Source: Blastocladiella emersonii ATCC 22665
Taxonomy: Eukaryota > Fungi > Blastocladiomycota
Length of the DNA stretch: 64,000 nucleotides
Direction: 5' to 3'
Assembly: GCA_025594325.1 (NCBI GenBank)
Contig: JANHCV010000003.1
Location: forward strand, 372,001 to 436,000
This document shows positions 23,175-35,011 of this stretch, piece after piece (the stretch's first letter is position 1; the number at the start of each line of letters is the position of its first letter). Below the pieces are notes generated by a model. The model was not told the origin of the DNA and did not search any database. It worked only from the letters and a program-made list of their open reading frames with translations. The translations under genes and the position numbers were made by a program.

Positions 23175-26100
23175 TCACTTCCACAGCGCGCGCGTGCGCT
23201 GCTCGGTGAGGGCGGCCTCGATGGTACCCGTGGCCGCGAACCGCACAACGTGAACGGTTCCGCGAACAGTCGAGATGGGGGCGCCCGGTACGACTGCGGC
23301 CACGTCGTGTGGGCCAGGCGGATCGGGGGCGGGCGACAGTATTCCGGTGGGAGCAATCGGAACAACTGGATCGTGGACGCGGGGCACCGCGCCGAGGACG
23401 CGCATCTCGAGGTCGTGCGCCGCGCCGTCCGTCTCGGCCAGCAGCGGGTGCGCGAACAGGACGTGGTTGACCGTGATGGCGGCGGGGTCGGGGGCGGTCG
23501 TGGCCGCGGTCGTGGCGAAGCTGCAGTGGAGGAGGTACGTCTCGGGGTCGAGGCAGATCACGGCCGCGGCGGGGGCGGCGGTGGTGGTCGCGGCGTCGTT
23601 GTTGCCGCCGTCGCCGTGGGCGGCCTCGGAACCCGCCGCAGGAGCGACTGCGATCCGCTCAAACTCGAGGCAGGCGGCCTTGGACACGGCGACCGTGACC
23701 GCGGCGTCAGTGGCAGGAGAGGATCCGGGCGCGACGGTGCCGTTCACGCCGCGGATCCCGTGCTCGGCAAGGGCGGCGACGAGGAGCGCGGCAAAGCGCG
23801 GGAACTGGGTCCAGACGACCATGCGAGTCGCGGTGGCCGGGCTGCTACTAGTACTGCTGCTGTGGTGGTGGTGAAGAATGTAGGTAAGGACCGCCGCGAG
23901 CTTGGAGCCGTACCGCGCCGCGGTGACACCGGGAACAGAGAGCGGGACGACACTGCTCGTCGGATGAGTGTCGTCGGTGCCGTCGCTGGAACTGACCACG
24001 TCGCGGGTGGCCGAGTCGGTGCTGCTGGAACTGACCACGTCGTGGGTGGCCGCCGAGCCCGCAGAGCGCGCGGAAGACACCGAAGTGGTTAAACCCTTGG
24101 AGCTCGCGGGCGCCGCCGAGGTGGTGGTGCCCTTGGAGCGCGCGGACGACGCCGAGGTGGTGGTGCCCTTGGAGCGCGCGGGCGACGCCGAGGTGGTGGT
24201 GCCCTTGGAGCGCGCGGGCGACGCCGAGGTGGTGGTGCCCTTAGAGCGCGCGGGCGACAGCTTTGGTGGGCGCCCGCGGCGGCGCGGGTTGTGGCCGGGC
24301 TGCTGCTTGACTGCGGGTTTCGGCGTGGGCCTCGGCGTCGGCGTGGAGAGTAGATGGAGACACGGCGGGAGGAGCGCTGGAGCCGGTGCGTGATCACCGC
24401 CAGCGCTGGGGACCGCGGGATCGGCGTCAGCGGGGCACCACTGGCTGATGCAGTCGATTTCGAGAAGCTCGCGGCACGCGGCGCACGCGGCACTGGTGGC
24501 CGGTACCGAGGTCGCGGCTGGCACTGCGTCGTCGTCGGCACGCGGGTGAGGAAAAGAAGGTGGCGGGAGCGTCGACGGGCATGCGCGGCAAAAGAGGTGG
24601 TAGCACGGCGTGACGGAGAACGGGTCGCGCGCAACGTCAATGGTGGTCGAGCACGAAGCACACGCGTGGTCAGCTGCTGGTACGGCCGCAGTCGCTGCCG
24701 CCGCCGGGTCGACCGAGTCAGCGGCGGCGAGCTGGTGGTCGTGGTCACGGTGCTGCAGGCCACCAATGAGCTGGCGCAGAGCGTACCCTCGAGGAGGCGA
24801 AGTGAACCCGCGCGAAGCCGCGACAAAGTTGGCGCGGGCGGAAGCAGCCGACGCGTGCGCACCCAAAATCTCGGAAGCAAGTGGCGCGACTGCACCGACG
24901 TGGTACTTCATGTCAAACGGCAAGGACGCGGTCAGCGTGCCCTCGGGGACCGCGCGAATCGCGTGCTGCACGAACCCGATCCAGTCTGCATCACCGCGCA
25001 GATGCGGAAGCGGGCCCAGCGGAAGATGGCTCAGGAGGGTGCGCAGGCCAGCGGCGCTGAGCCTGTCGATCATGCTCGGCACGGTGTAAGCGGCCGTTGT
25101 ACCAAAATACGTCGGGGACACGACCTCGTACTTGAAGGCGCCGCGCAAACCGGCGAGAATCTGGTGCAGCAGCACGCTCGGCCGCAGGTCCTTGAGCTGC
25201 TCCAGTTGCTCCTGCACGACCGCTCTCGCGGCGGCGACCCGCGCCGCGTGACCCGGCCTGGCCCCCACCTCTGCCTCGAGACGGCGAACCTCCGCCCGAC
25301 TGCGGCCAAGGGCGGATGCCAGCGCGAGGTGCTGGCCGACGCGGTCGTGCCAATCCCTGACTCCTGGAACCACGCCCGTCGCAAGGTGAGAGCCAAACAA
25401 GAAGATGCGGTGGAACTGGACGCGCTCAAAAACGACCTCGCCGCGGGTCAGGCCGTACGCAGCGGGACCCGACGCGATCAGCGCCGCCGTGTGCTCGGCG
25501 AGACGGAGCGCAAACTCGTGCCGCGCAGGCGAAATTGCCGCACGGCCAGCGTCGTGATCGATGGGTCCGAGAAACGGAGCGGGGCCGTGGTACTCGTCGG
25601 GTCCGGATTCGGGGTGCCCGACCAGAGAAGCAACGCGGGCCCAGTACTCGGCCGCACCCAGGACAGCGCCCATCGAGACAAAGACCAAGTCGGCATTCAC
25701 AATGTCGTCCCACGACGCGGCAAGGTACTGGGTCATACCCGAAATATCGACGACGCGCAGCGGCTGCTGAAGCGAGGAGAAGGCACGTGCACTCGTGCCA
25801 CGAGCGGCCATGCTATTTGTCTTGATCAGGTCGAGCCAGCCTTGCGGGACGCGGTCAATGACAAGTAATGTTGCCCGCGATAGAATCAGCGGATTCGTCT
25901 TTGGATCCAGTCCGGAAGCAATTGTCGGGAGTACATGCTGTTGCGGCGGCCGCACCTGGACGAGCTGGAGAATCGACGCAAACAGCTCGTCGGACGGTCT
26001 CGATAAGATGGCGCCGGCGCGTACTTCGCAGCTCGCTGGCGGGTTCAAGGGAAGCGGTGTTGGTGCTGTTGTTAGCCGAGGAAGGGCGGATCGCATAGTG

Positions 26101-27621
26101 TCGGGCAAGGCCATGGTCGTCCAGTCCGCGGGAAGGGGCGAGGGAGCCGGGGACCACCACACGTCCGTCTCGGCCCACTCGCCTAGATCGAGGTTGTAGA
26201 GGACGCCGCCGGGCCCGAGGCGCACGAGCGGCGGGGCGAGCGAGGTGCCGCCCGCGCAGCTGTACGAGGGCAGCGCGAAACCGGAAACGGGCACGGGCAC
26301 CGATCCGGATCCAGAGCGCGGTCGCGAAGAAGTGGTGGCAAGGAGATGCGCGTACGGGTCGTTCTCGAGGTGTACGAGCCACAGGGCGAGCGTTGGCCGA
26401 GTGTTTTTCGAGTCGAGCGGCGGCGGGCACCACGTCGGTTTCCAGTGCGAGATGGACTGCGGCGGCAGCGCGGCAAAGGTGCCGTTGGACAGGGCAGCCC
26501 GCGACGGGATCGGGCGGTGCGACCGGAGCAGCCGGCGGACCGCGCGGTAAACGCCCGGCTCGGCGCAGCGCAGGTCGCGGCTCGCCACGTCGGCGCGCAG
26601 GTACACATCGAGCGTGTACCGGTACAGGGCCTTGAGCTTTCGCGTGCCGCGGCGCGTGCGCTCCCCGCGGACGGAGACCAGAAAGTAGGGCGCGGCGGCG
26701 GGGTCCTTGAGGTGGGCAAAGGCGGCCCGCGGTTCCGGGTCCGAGGCAATGAACGGGACGAGGTCGCGCTGGAAATCGGCGCCAAAAAGCACGGCGGTGA
26801 GCGGGTCGGCGCCCGTGGTCGTGGTCGCAGGCTGCGCGGGCAGCGGAAGCTTTGGGCTCTGCGGCGCGACCAAGTACGTGGCGAGGAACAAGTCTAATCA
26901 ATACACGGCGGGCGAAGAGGGTGGGTGGCAGCAGGGGGAACGTTAGTTGACTTGGAGCGTGACAAGTACTGTTGCGGGTCCGCCTAGTTGCAGCAAACCA
27001 GGAGCGAGGCACGCCCCGCCAATGCGAAATCGAGTAGCACGTACCGTGGCTGTGATCGTGCGTGCGCTCGTCGTAGCTGCGCTCGCGGTCTCCGCCACCG
27101 CGTCCGCGGCTGTCCGCGCGGCCCGGGGCGGTGGAGGTCGATGAAGGAGGCGAAGACGGTGACGCGGACACGGGCGTGGCACCGTTCAAGCCAAGTAAAA
27201 GGGACGCGGGATCGATGCTGTCGGGACCAGCCAAACCTCGAGTCTGAGAGCAACTGGACAGGATCCGCTGGACCTCCTCGACTTCGAGTCCGGGCCCACC
27301 ACCGACGCCGCCACGGGTAAGCTGGAGCAGCAGCGACGTCGGCGTGTGCGGAAAGGGGCACCACCAGCCGCGGGCCGCGCGCTCGGCAAAGACCCGCCGA
27401 TCGAACTCGGCCGTGTCGGACGGCGGGCCGCACTCGGGCAGTGCGGGCGCGGGATCGTCAATGGCAAGTGTGCGAGGTGCGAGTAGACGGCCGCCGCCGT
27501 CGTGCGGGCCGAGGTCGGGCGCGGCGCCGTGGGGGCGCGGGTCCCGAACCGCCGCCGTCTCGGGTGCTGCCGCGTCCGCGTTCAGTTCCATTCGTTGCAT
27601 CAAGTCTGGCGAGGTCTCCAT
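23175..27621 (-). CDS. RAD5/RAD16-like SNF2-RING architecture protein with degenerate ATPase motifs (2 exons: 27621-27045, 26893-23175)
   Basis: C3HC4 RING CASC..PCYHLFCRAC..CAAC. HELICc-like SKLAAVL..RMVVWTQF..L...GI, NHVLFAHP, VHVVRFAATGTIE. SNF2_N-like ATLLVI..W..I and HRIFL. Intron GTACGT..ACTAAC..TAG 27044-26894 joins the two ORFs in frame (CAC G|AC TTG). Confidence 0.72.
24079..24258 (-). repeat. Coding 36-bp minisatellite (SPARSKGTTTSA) x4 plus one diverged unit
   Basis: GCCGAGGTGGTGGTGCCCTTGGAGCGCGCGGGCGAC repeated 24115-24258. Confidence 0.92.
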
Positions 27622-27960
27622 TGCGGGCGTGCTCGTTCGTGAGGGGAGGAGGCCAGCAGAACCCGCGGCTCACCGTGGGAACCCGTTCCGCTGAAACGCC
27701 ACCCGCGCGTGCGTGGCGCAACGCGGCCGCGAACCTGAAACACGACGCGTGCGCTTCACCGGTAAGCGCATAAATGAATTGCGAAGAAGAAAAGTATGCA
27801 AAAATGTCGATTTTTCCTTGCGCGTTTCTCTCGTGTGTCTTGCTTTCCCGCCTCTTCCCGCCTTCACCTTCCTCTTCCCGTTCCCCTCCTCCCCCCGGCG
27901 GCCATGTGTTATTCACCGACGCTACCAGACAATGCCCCACTGTGCCCGCAGGCGTCAACG

Positions 27961-28058
27961 TGGAATGGCCGGGATTCGAACCCAGAGTTCCATGGGTGGG
28001 ACCATCTCATCCACGCGGTGGTCCGTGCTGGCGCAGGCCGCTCCGCCAGCACAGGACC
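27961..28058 (-). pseudogene. tRNA-like remnant (T-arm and acceptor 3' half, A-box-like motif, GC hairpin)
   Basis: Minus strand CTGGG-TTCGAAT-CCCGG-CCATTCC-A (27985-27961) is a T-arm plus acceptor strand. TGGCGGAGCGG at 28048-28038 is A-box-like. No complementary 5' acceptor strand found, so not a complete tRNA. Confidence 0.35.
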
Positions 28059-28899
28059 TAGACGAGGCAGCTGACGTGGCCAAAGTACCCTCTAGACAAC
28101 GTTCGGTTGCTTTACACCGCCCCGCACGCCGCCGCAGTGGGGCGGCCGACTCAGCAAGCTGCCTTCTCGTAACTCTCGTGACCGACCGTTTCAATGCCAC
28201 TCGATTCCCTACACATGATCGAACCACAACCTTCGTCGCACAGGTTCGATCATGTACGGGCTGGTCTCGAGCCGGGTCAGCCGTGGATCGAGAGTGGGGA
28301 CAGCGATAGGAGCCTCGGAGGGCGCCGGTTTGAGTGACACGACCCACAGAATACTACCAGCGAGTGCAAGTCGATGAATCTCTAACGAGTGGGACCTCGT
28401 TGCAAGCATCGTCGTGCAACAAGAATGCGGGTGTTGAAAGCGGGGATTTTAGACGGAAGCAGCCAAGAGACACTCCCCAAACCGGAACACTGAAGTTATG
28501 TTGCATGTTCGGTGGGCGCGGTACATCCGCGGGCTCGAGTTTGTGTCCATGTCCATTCCTCATTGACTTTGCTTGAGCGCAAGTTCGACCGATTTCCAGG
28601 TGGCCCAACGTCGCTTAACCCAAGGTCGTTGGTTTCGGTGTTCGACTGGCGGGGGAAGCACGCGGGCGGACGCACGAAACGTGAGGGCCACGAGGGCTTC
28701 CATGGAAGCGAGTCTAAGCCGTGGAGTTGCGGGAGATTAATGCCGGGGAAACAGGCATGTTTAGAAGCGTGGACGAGAACGAGCGTTTCGAGCGCCCCAG
28801 TATCCTAGCCGCGTCGTTGTCGTTCACGGCCGAGTCGCGGGAGTTCGAACGATTGGTTCAGAATTGCCAGGTTGCCTCCCGGTCTCCTTATAGTCTGTT

Positions 28900-30900
28900 T
28901 AGTGGCGTGGAATAGTAGCAGTGTCGACGGTTGGAATCAGCAACTTCGAGGTGTGGATCTCGTCAAAGGTCGGGGCTGTGCAGTATAGTCAGCTCGCGGC
29001 GACCATAAAAGCAAGCACTCGGAGCTTGGAACCTGAGAGTGCCCACGAAATGAATTTCGTTGCAGTGTGGCGAGCTCGCTGTCAACGACAAAGCAGCTGC
29101 AGTGGCGGTCGTCGAGTCGGCGAATCGGCCGAGCTGCGACTCATGGCCGACATGCAGTCCGAAATCGCCGTGTCCATTCGTTGCATAGAGTTTTTTTTTG
29201 TGCGTAAGTGCGCTACATGAGGTTGGTGCAGGAGCGGAAGCGCGACGCTGAGAGTCGTGAAGGCGGCTGGAGGCGTGGCGGCGCCCACCACGTGCGCTTG
29301 TGCGACGCGAACATCGCGTTCGAGTCTGCAACTGGCAAAACGATCAACCCTTTCCTCATTTCCGCAACATGGGCCTTGATGTGAATGCGTGACGCTACCC
29401 GCCATGCTCCCCTCCACTTTATGTGACTATTTAACCATTTGGGTCTCTGGAGTCGTCCTTGGGGGATCGATCCGGAGTTCCGCAAGGGGGGAATGCAGAA
29501 CTTGCACGTACGCGCCCAGCGGAGGTGGAGGCCAATTCACCAACGCCCGGCGTTGCCTAGGCTTGGAAGCTGACAGATATGAACAGCTACCGGTTGACTG
29601 GTACGTTGGCGGGGCACCTGTGTAGGCGCGGTACATCTCGCCACCGGGGGTTCTGCACCAGCTCCGAGCGGAAACGTTTGTCAGGACGACGGCAGACCGG
29701 AACTGTGTCGTAATACAGCAGCACCACATCGAGTATCGGCGTGAAAGTTGTGATACATTCTATATTCCCCCAGCACATGCGATCCCATACGACAAATAGT
29801 CTAAAGGTGACAAGCGGATCGTTGTTCGTACGCGAGAACGACATGCGACGTCAAGCAAAAGTAGTCCTGAAGAGAGTTCGGATCCCGCGGCTAAGCACAG
29901 CTCGAGGAGCGTCAAGAGTACCCGCAGGGACTACGCGAGCGGCGCGGGAAGCTTTTCACGACGCCCGCGCAGCCGCTGCGCTTACAAGGGAGGCTTCCCG
30001 GTTGTCTTGATCTGATCCTTGTCCTCGACGGGGGTTGAAATGGAAGTCAAGCCGCTGTGGTGGTGAAGGAGAAACCAAAATCGCCGTGGACGAACTCGAG
30101 TCCACGGGAGCCAACGTCGCTGACGCGGTTGGCACCGTCAGATACAAGCTGGCGTCTGACGCCGATCCGCTGCGCCACTAAACGCAAGCTGTACACGGAC
30201 ACCTTGGACAGATTCACGTCAATCCGCTCCAGGACGCGATGTGCGCGTCCGAGCTCGCTTGTTGAAAGTTGCAGCTCATAGTTCGACGGTAGCGCAATCT
30301 GAATGCGGACTTGAGGCGCAGAACGGATCGCAGCGCTCTCCTTATAGCCAAGAATGGAGACCCAGATTGACTCTTCCTGGTCCGAGATCTGCTCTTGGCG
30401 TTCAGGATTGGGACATTCCCGCAGATATACCTTGGGTGTCGGTCCTAAGCATGGCTCCTCGAACGCGCCGACCAAATCATGGAGCGAGGCATTGGAAATT
30501 TGCATGCGAAGTGGTATTTTTGTGCTCCGAGAGCCTTGGGATAGGCATGGGCACAACCGGGGGCGTTGCACAAGCGAGTCGGGTTCGGCAGCAAGTTTAC
30601 CGGAGCAAGTTGGCCCGTTCGTAAATTCAGCATGGTCTCCATTCGTTGCATCAAGTCTGGTGGTCATTCTAGGGTTGCGTCGTAGGGCCATGAGGGAGAA
30701 GGGGTCGTTCAGCGCCAAGGGCGGGAGCTCGGTCGCGGGCTCGGTGCGCCACACCACGGCGGGCCTCACGTGCGCCTGTCCACCGCGTCCGCGCTCTGTG
30801 CTGAGTGCCGTGCGAGTACGCCAGGGGTGCAAGGTTGCTCATGCGATGGAGAACGGGCTCGACTATTGTCCGGCCGTGCTGCAATGCCCACTGCTCGGGT
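28900..30900 (-). pseudogene. Two tandem decayed LRR-like (possibly F-box/LRR) gene remnants
   Basis: Fragments YLRECPNPER, LHRCPANV, LAELRIDP, FRSCTNLM*, LSGSKLRVLAF in shifting frames. Shared module CATTCGTTGCAT at 29175 and 30640. Confidence 0.4.
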
Positions 30901-31081
30901 ACTCGGGCAACTACTGCTGGCCCTGCGTCGTGTCAAGAGTCAGGCATGAGCGGTGTGCGGGAAGAAGAGAAAGAATGTATTGCAATGTGGGCGACCTCGT
31001 CGTCGCTACCCGTCATCAAAGCGAGAGCCGCAACCGCCAAGAAGCAAGCAGGGCCGAGCGCGAGCGTTGTCGACCTTGACC

Positions 31082-31700
31082 TTAGAAAGGCCCGTTGTTG
31101 AAGCCGAACTCGTTGCGGTCGTTGAAGCGGTACTCGCCCTCGTCAAAGATCCACTCGTCGTCGGCGAACCCGTATTTGCTGCCGCCGTCCATGGGGTCAA
31201 ACCCGAACGGGGCCTTCTTGCCGTCCCGGAACGCGTCCGTCCGCATCTCGCATCTCGTACATGAAGAGCTTGTGCATCTTGGCGGCGATCCGGTCCGTGG
31301 CGCGGTCCGCATCGGTCTCGCGCGCAAAGTAGCGGGACATGAGGTTGGAGAGCGGCGGGATCGCGAGGAGGTCGGCGGCACGGCGCAGCTCGACGCGCAC
31401 GTCCCGCGACAGGAGCGTCGTGAGCATTCATGCGTCCCACTCCGAGATCGGCGTGCCGGGCTCGGGGACGAACGACGGCTCGTCAATGTGGAAGCCGAGC
31501 CACTCGAGGATGAAGTCGAGCGTCACCTCGGAGATGGACGGCAGGACGACCTCGATCTTGACGCCCTTGGCGATGCACGCGGCGGCCGCGTCCTCGATGA
31601 AGGCCGACTTGGAAATGACGGCGAGCGTCGTGACGACCGTCTTCCCGTCGGACGTGTTCGATTACTCTTGTCGTCTCCCCTCTGAATGGGATGCTCCAAG
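31082..31700 (-). pseudogene. SKP1-like pseudogene (two stops, 7-bp duplication frameshift) with Phe/Gly/Asp-rich tail
   Basis: TSDGKTVVTTLAVISKSAFI..LPSISEVTLDFILEWL..ISEWDA*..ELRRAADLLAIPPL. CATCTCG is duplicated at 31244-31257. Confidence 0.85.
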
Positions 31701-32559
31701 TCGTTCATCGCTTTAGCGCAGCTGTAACACCACATTGTGGTTGTTTTCAAGCACGGTACCAGGAGTCCGGTGCTTGAGAATAAGACTATCGACGACAAGA
31801 ACAGCGTGTGCGAGCGATCGGGTCGAGAACAACCTGCGCGTGCAGTCGACGCCCAGCCCGCGACTCGTCTATGGTACCACGAGAAGAAGCGTGCGTAGGA
31901 ACACAGGCTTACGGATGGCGGCAAGCGCAGCCAAGTGCTTGATGGGGCCGCCGCCAAAGTGGGTCGGGTCGTAGGCGTTAATCGGGCGCACCACGCCCGC
32001 AGCGAATGCCGCGCGGATCGTCTAGAGCTCGGAAGCACCACGCTGCTGTCACAATACGAAAAGGAACTGGGCAAGCAGTAGGATTGACGGGCACAGGATG
32101 TCGTGAAGCCGTTGTCATATGAGAAGCCGTTGAGATCGTCCTGCGAGCCAGCGACCAAGAGCGGCCGAGAGGGGAGCGGGACGGTCCGGGTTGGGATCGA
32201 GCCGACACGGCGTTGACGTTGACTGGACACATAAATAGACGTCGAGCAGGGTGCATTGCATGAGGTGCCATTCGAGAACTGTCCAGACTCGGCCGTTCTG
32301 TGACTAGAGCGCGTCCAGATGGCGAGGCCGCCCGCCACGCAGTGAGCGCGCAGCTCTTCTCGCCTCACTGCGTGCGACGCGCCCTTCCTTCCCTCTCGGC
32401 GTCGCGGATGCACCATTAACATCCGAGTGTATTCAATCGGGGATGCGCGCGCGACCGACCGCGGCGAAGCGAGCTGGTCGCCGAGCCGTGGGTCTCGGGC
32501 ACGGCGTCGCCGGACGGCTTACCGTCAGTGGCGGTGCTGGCAGCGAGCACGAGGTGGGC

Positions 32560-33300
32560 GGTCGCGCTGGCGCGGGCACCGTGACCGACCGCCGCGTTCC
32601 ATCCATCGGTTCACGGTCGTCATCCACGGGCCGCGGTCGAAGACGCCGCCGACCTGCGAGATACCGTTGCACGCCGCGGCGTGAGCGACGAGCGCGCGCC
32701 GAGTTGTAGCTGCAGGTTCGGCGCGGACACGTCGTAGCCGACCGCCTTGAAGACGGGCTGCTTGTGGCACTGGATCGCGCGCCCACACTCGCCGAGGCGC
32801 GCGGGGAGCGGCACGCGCCGATACCGAAGAGCAGGAACGCAGCGAGCGTGGGCTCGCTGGCAATCGGGCCGGGCCGAGCCCACGAGTTTCTTGACGCCGA
32901 GCCAGTCCGTGATCCCGGTCCCGCCGATGGCCCAGATGTGCAGGACACGCCCGTCGCGCTGTCGACGACGCGCAGGACCGTGGCCGTGACCGAGCTGTAG
33001 TCGTGGTCGAAGTCGCGCCGCGGCTCGTGATTCTTGAGCGCCGAGTAGGAGCACGGGAACGAGCGACATGTTCTCGAGAAACCCGAGCGCGGGGCTCGCG
33101 AGGATCGACCCGTGGCAAAACCTCCTCGCCAACGACGAGGCCAAGCGGCTCAGCGCGCGGCGTGACGCGCAGGTACGGGGCTCGCACGGCGCGGCCGCGA
33201 ACACGTCGCCATGCTGCAGACCAGCCAGAGCGGACGATAGCGAGCGAGGGCACGAGGGCGGCGATCAGGACCCATGGACCAGCCGCGCGGGGCACGCGGG
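32560..33300 (-). pseudogene. Multiply frameshifted gene of unknown family
   Basis: Codon-biased segments YSALKNHEPRRDFDHDYSSV, VLHIWAIGGTGITDWLGVKKL, IQCHKQPVFKAVGYDV and GVFDRGPWMTTVNRW lie in different frames. Confidence 0.4.
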
Positions 33301-34361
33301 CGTCGTGATCTCAGCGAGCGAGCCGCGCGACCGTGTGGAGCGTCTTGGCGCCAGCGGGAAGCCCGAGGTGCGGGTGCCGCGCGCCCGGTCTTGAGCGAGC
33401 GCCACTTCGAGACTGCTGCAGCGCGGCGGATGGTACAGGCCGGCCGACCCGCGTGCTGTCGCCGCGAGCGTGCTGTTTCCGATACCGAGGTTGCGGGCGG
33501 GGACTTGGCGAGCAGAATCGAGGACTTGTCGCGCCGAGCAGGTTGAGGGCGAAGGTGCGGCAGCACCGCGTGCGAAAACAGCGAAGTGGTGGTGGTGGAC
33601 CGTGAGGGCGTAGCGGGGCAAAGGCAGCACGTCGAGGGTGAAGTGAGCCTGGCGCTGACCGTCGGGTCGGGATCGGGCGCATGGTCACCTCGTGGAGCCC
33701 CGCGATGGCGAAACGTCGGGCCGCGCGGCGGCGGCGAGGGCGCGCGTCACGTAGGACGACTAGCGGCACTGCTCCCGACCGCGGACGACCTGGTCGCGGC
33801 GCTGCCGCCGAGCTTAGCGGCATGGACCACCGAAATCACCATGCCCCCAAAGTCGGCCGGGTCGATGGCGGCGGCGGCCGTCAGGCGACGACCTCCTCGA
33901 CCGTGTGCTGGTGGTGGCACAGGGACGAGCGGCCGCGACCAAACAGGGAGATGGCGTTGCGGTTGGGGGCGGGTGCTCGGGTGGAGACCTGGATCGCGTC
34001 GAGGCAGCCTCGTTGGCGGTGCTGATCGGGGTTGGAGCGTGCGAGGTAGACGGGCCACGCGATGCACGCCAGCGGCGAGGTGCGCGCACGGGCAGGGTGT
34101 TGCGGAAAGCGGCGGGTACGTGGTGCTCGCCCGGCGGGTAGGCCGGCCGCTGCTGCCGCGGCTGACGCGGCCCTCGGAAACCGTATCCTAGGTCTGGTAG
34201 AGCGTTTGCGGGCAGCGAGAAAAGTGAGAATCGGCTCAAATGCTGAACGGGGGACGCAGCAGCCGCGTACCGTGACAAAGCGGGTGGCCTCAAAGGTCAA
34301 GGGCTCGGCGGGCTGCTCAATAGCGTCAATGGCGGTACCGCGCATGAGGTAGAGTGTCTCG

Positions 34362-34930
34362 GGCGACGTCGGCCAAGCCGTCGGCGCGGCAGGCGTCCGC
34401 GTCGTGACGGCGTGGCCGACCGAGGTCACACGGCGACGGGGACGGTGCGCAGCGACTCGGCGGGCACGGCGGAGAGGTGTATGTTGGCGCGCGCGTGCTG
34501 GTAGTGGCGCAGGAACCGCCCGCGACCGGGATGGGGTCACGGCGGGTGGCGAGGGCCGGGGCGCGCGTGCGGTAACACCGAGTCGCCCAGTACGGCAGAT
34601 GGCGCGCGCCGGCCCAGCATACGGGCAGTGCGAGGAGTTACATGGCGATCAGAGTTGCGCATTGCAGCGAGTGGAGGTCGGGAGGGAGAGAAGGAGGAAG
34701 GGAGCTGGGCCAGCGTGGAGGCTGGGCGAGGGGACCAGAAGCGGTGACTCACGGTGGCGCTCCGCAGCGGCCCACGTGTGGGTTGACGACGCGTCTCGCG
34801 AACGCGTCAAGCGGGCGGGAAACCGGTCGCTCGCTCCCGCGCAAGAGCGCCTCAAGCGGGCCACGATGAAGAGAGACAGTGTTTATGCAGAGTGAAAACG
34901 ATGGGAGAGGGATGGGGCGGGATGCGGTGG
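34362..34930. repeat. Conserved non-coding block duplicated at 40862-41300
   Basis: Shared words GCAGGAACCGCCCGCG..GATGGGGTCACGGC, CGCGAACGCGTC..GCGGGAAAC, CGCCTCAAGC and ACAGTGTTTATGCAG..GAGGGATGGGGCGGG occur in the same order. Confidence 0.8.
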
Positions 34931-35011
34931 CGGTGCCTTTTGGCGGGGAACCAGTCGAGCCCGCTGGCCGACGCGCGGAACCCGCCGTCGTCAAGCGTCA
35001 CCGCGGGCAGC

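Noticed and set aside
24079-24258. 36-bp direct repeats as a CRISPR array
   Set aside because: Head-to-tail with no spacers, in frame inside a eukaryotic CDS; a coding minisatellite.
27961-28058. Functional tRNA gene
   Set aside because: No complementary 5' acceptor strand or clear anticodon arm at the proper spacing; kept only as a remnant.
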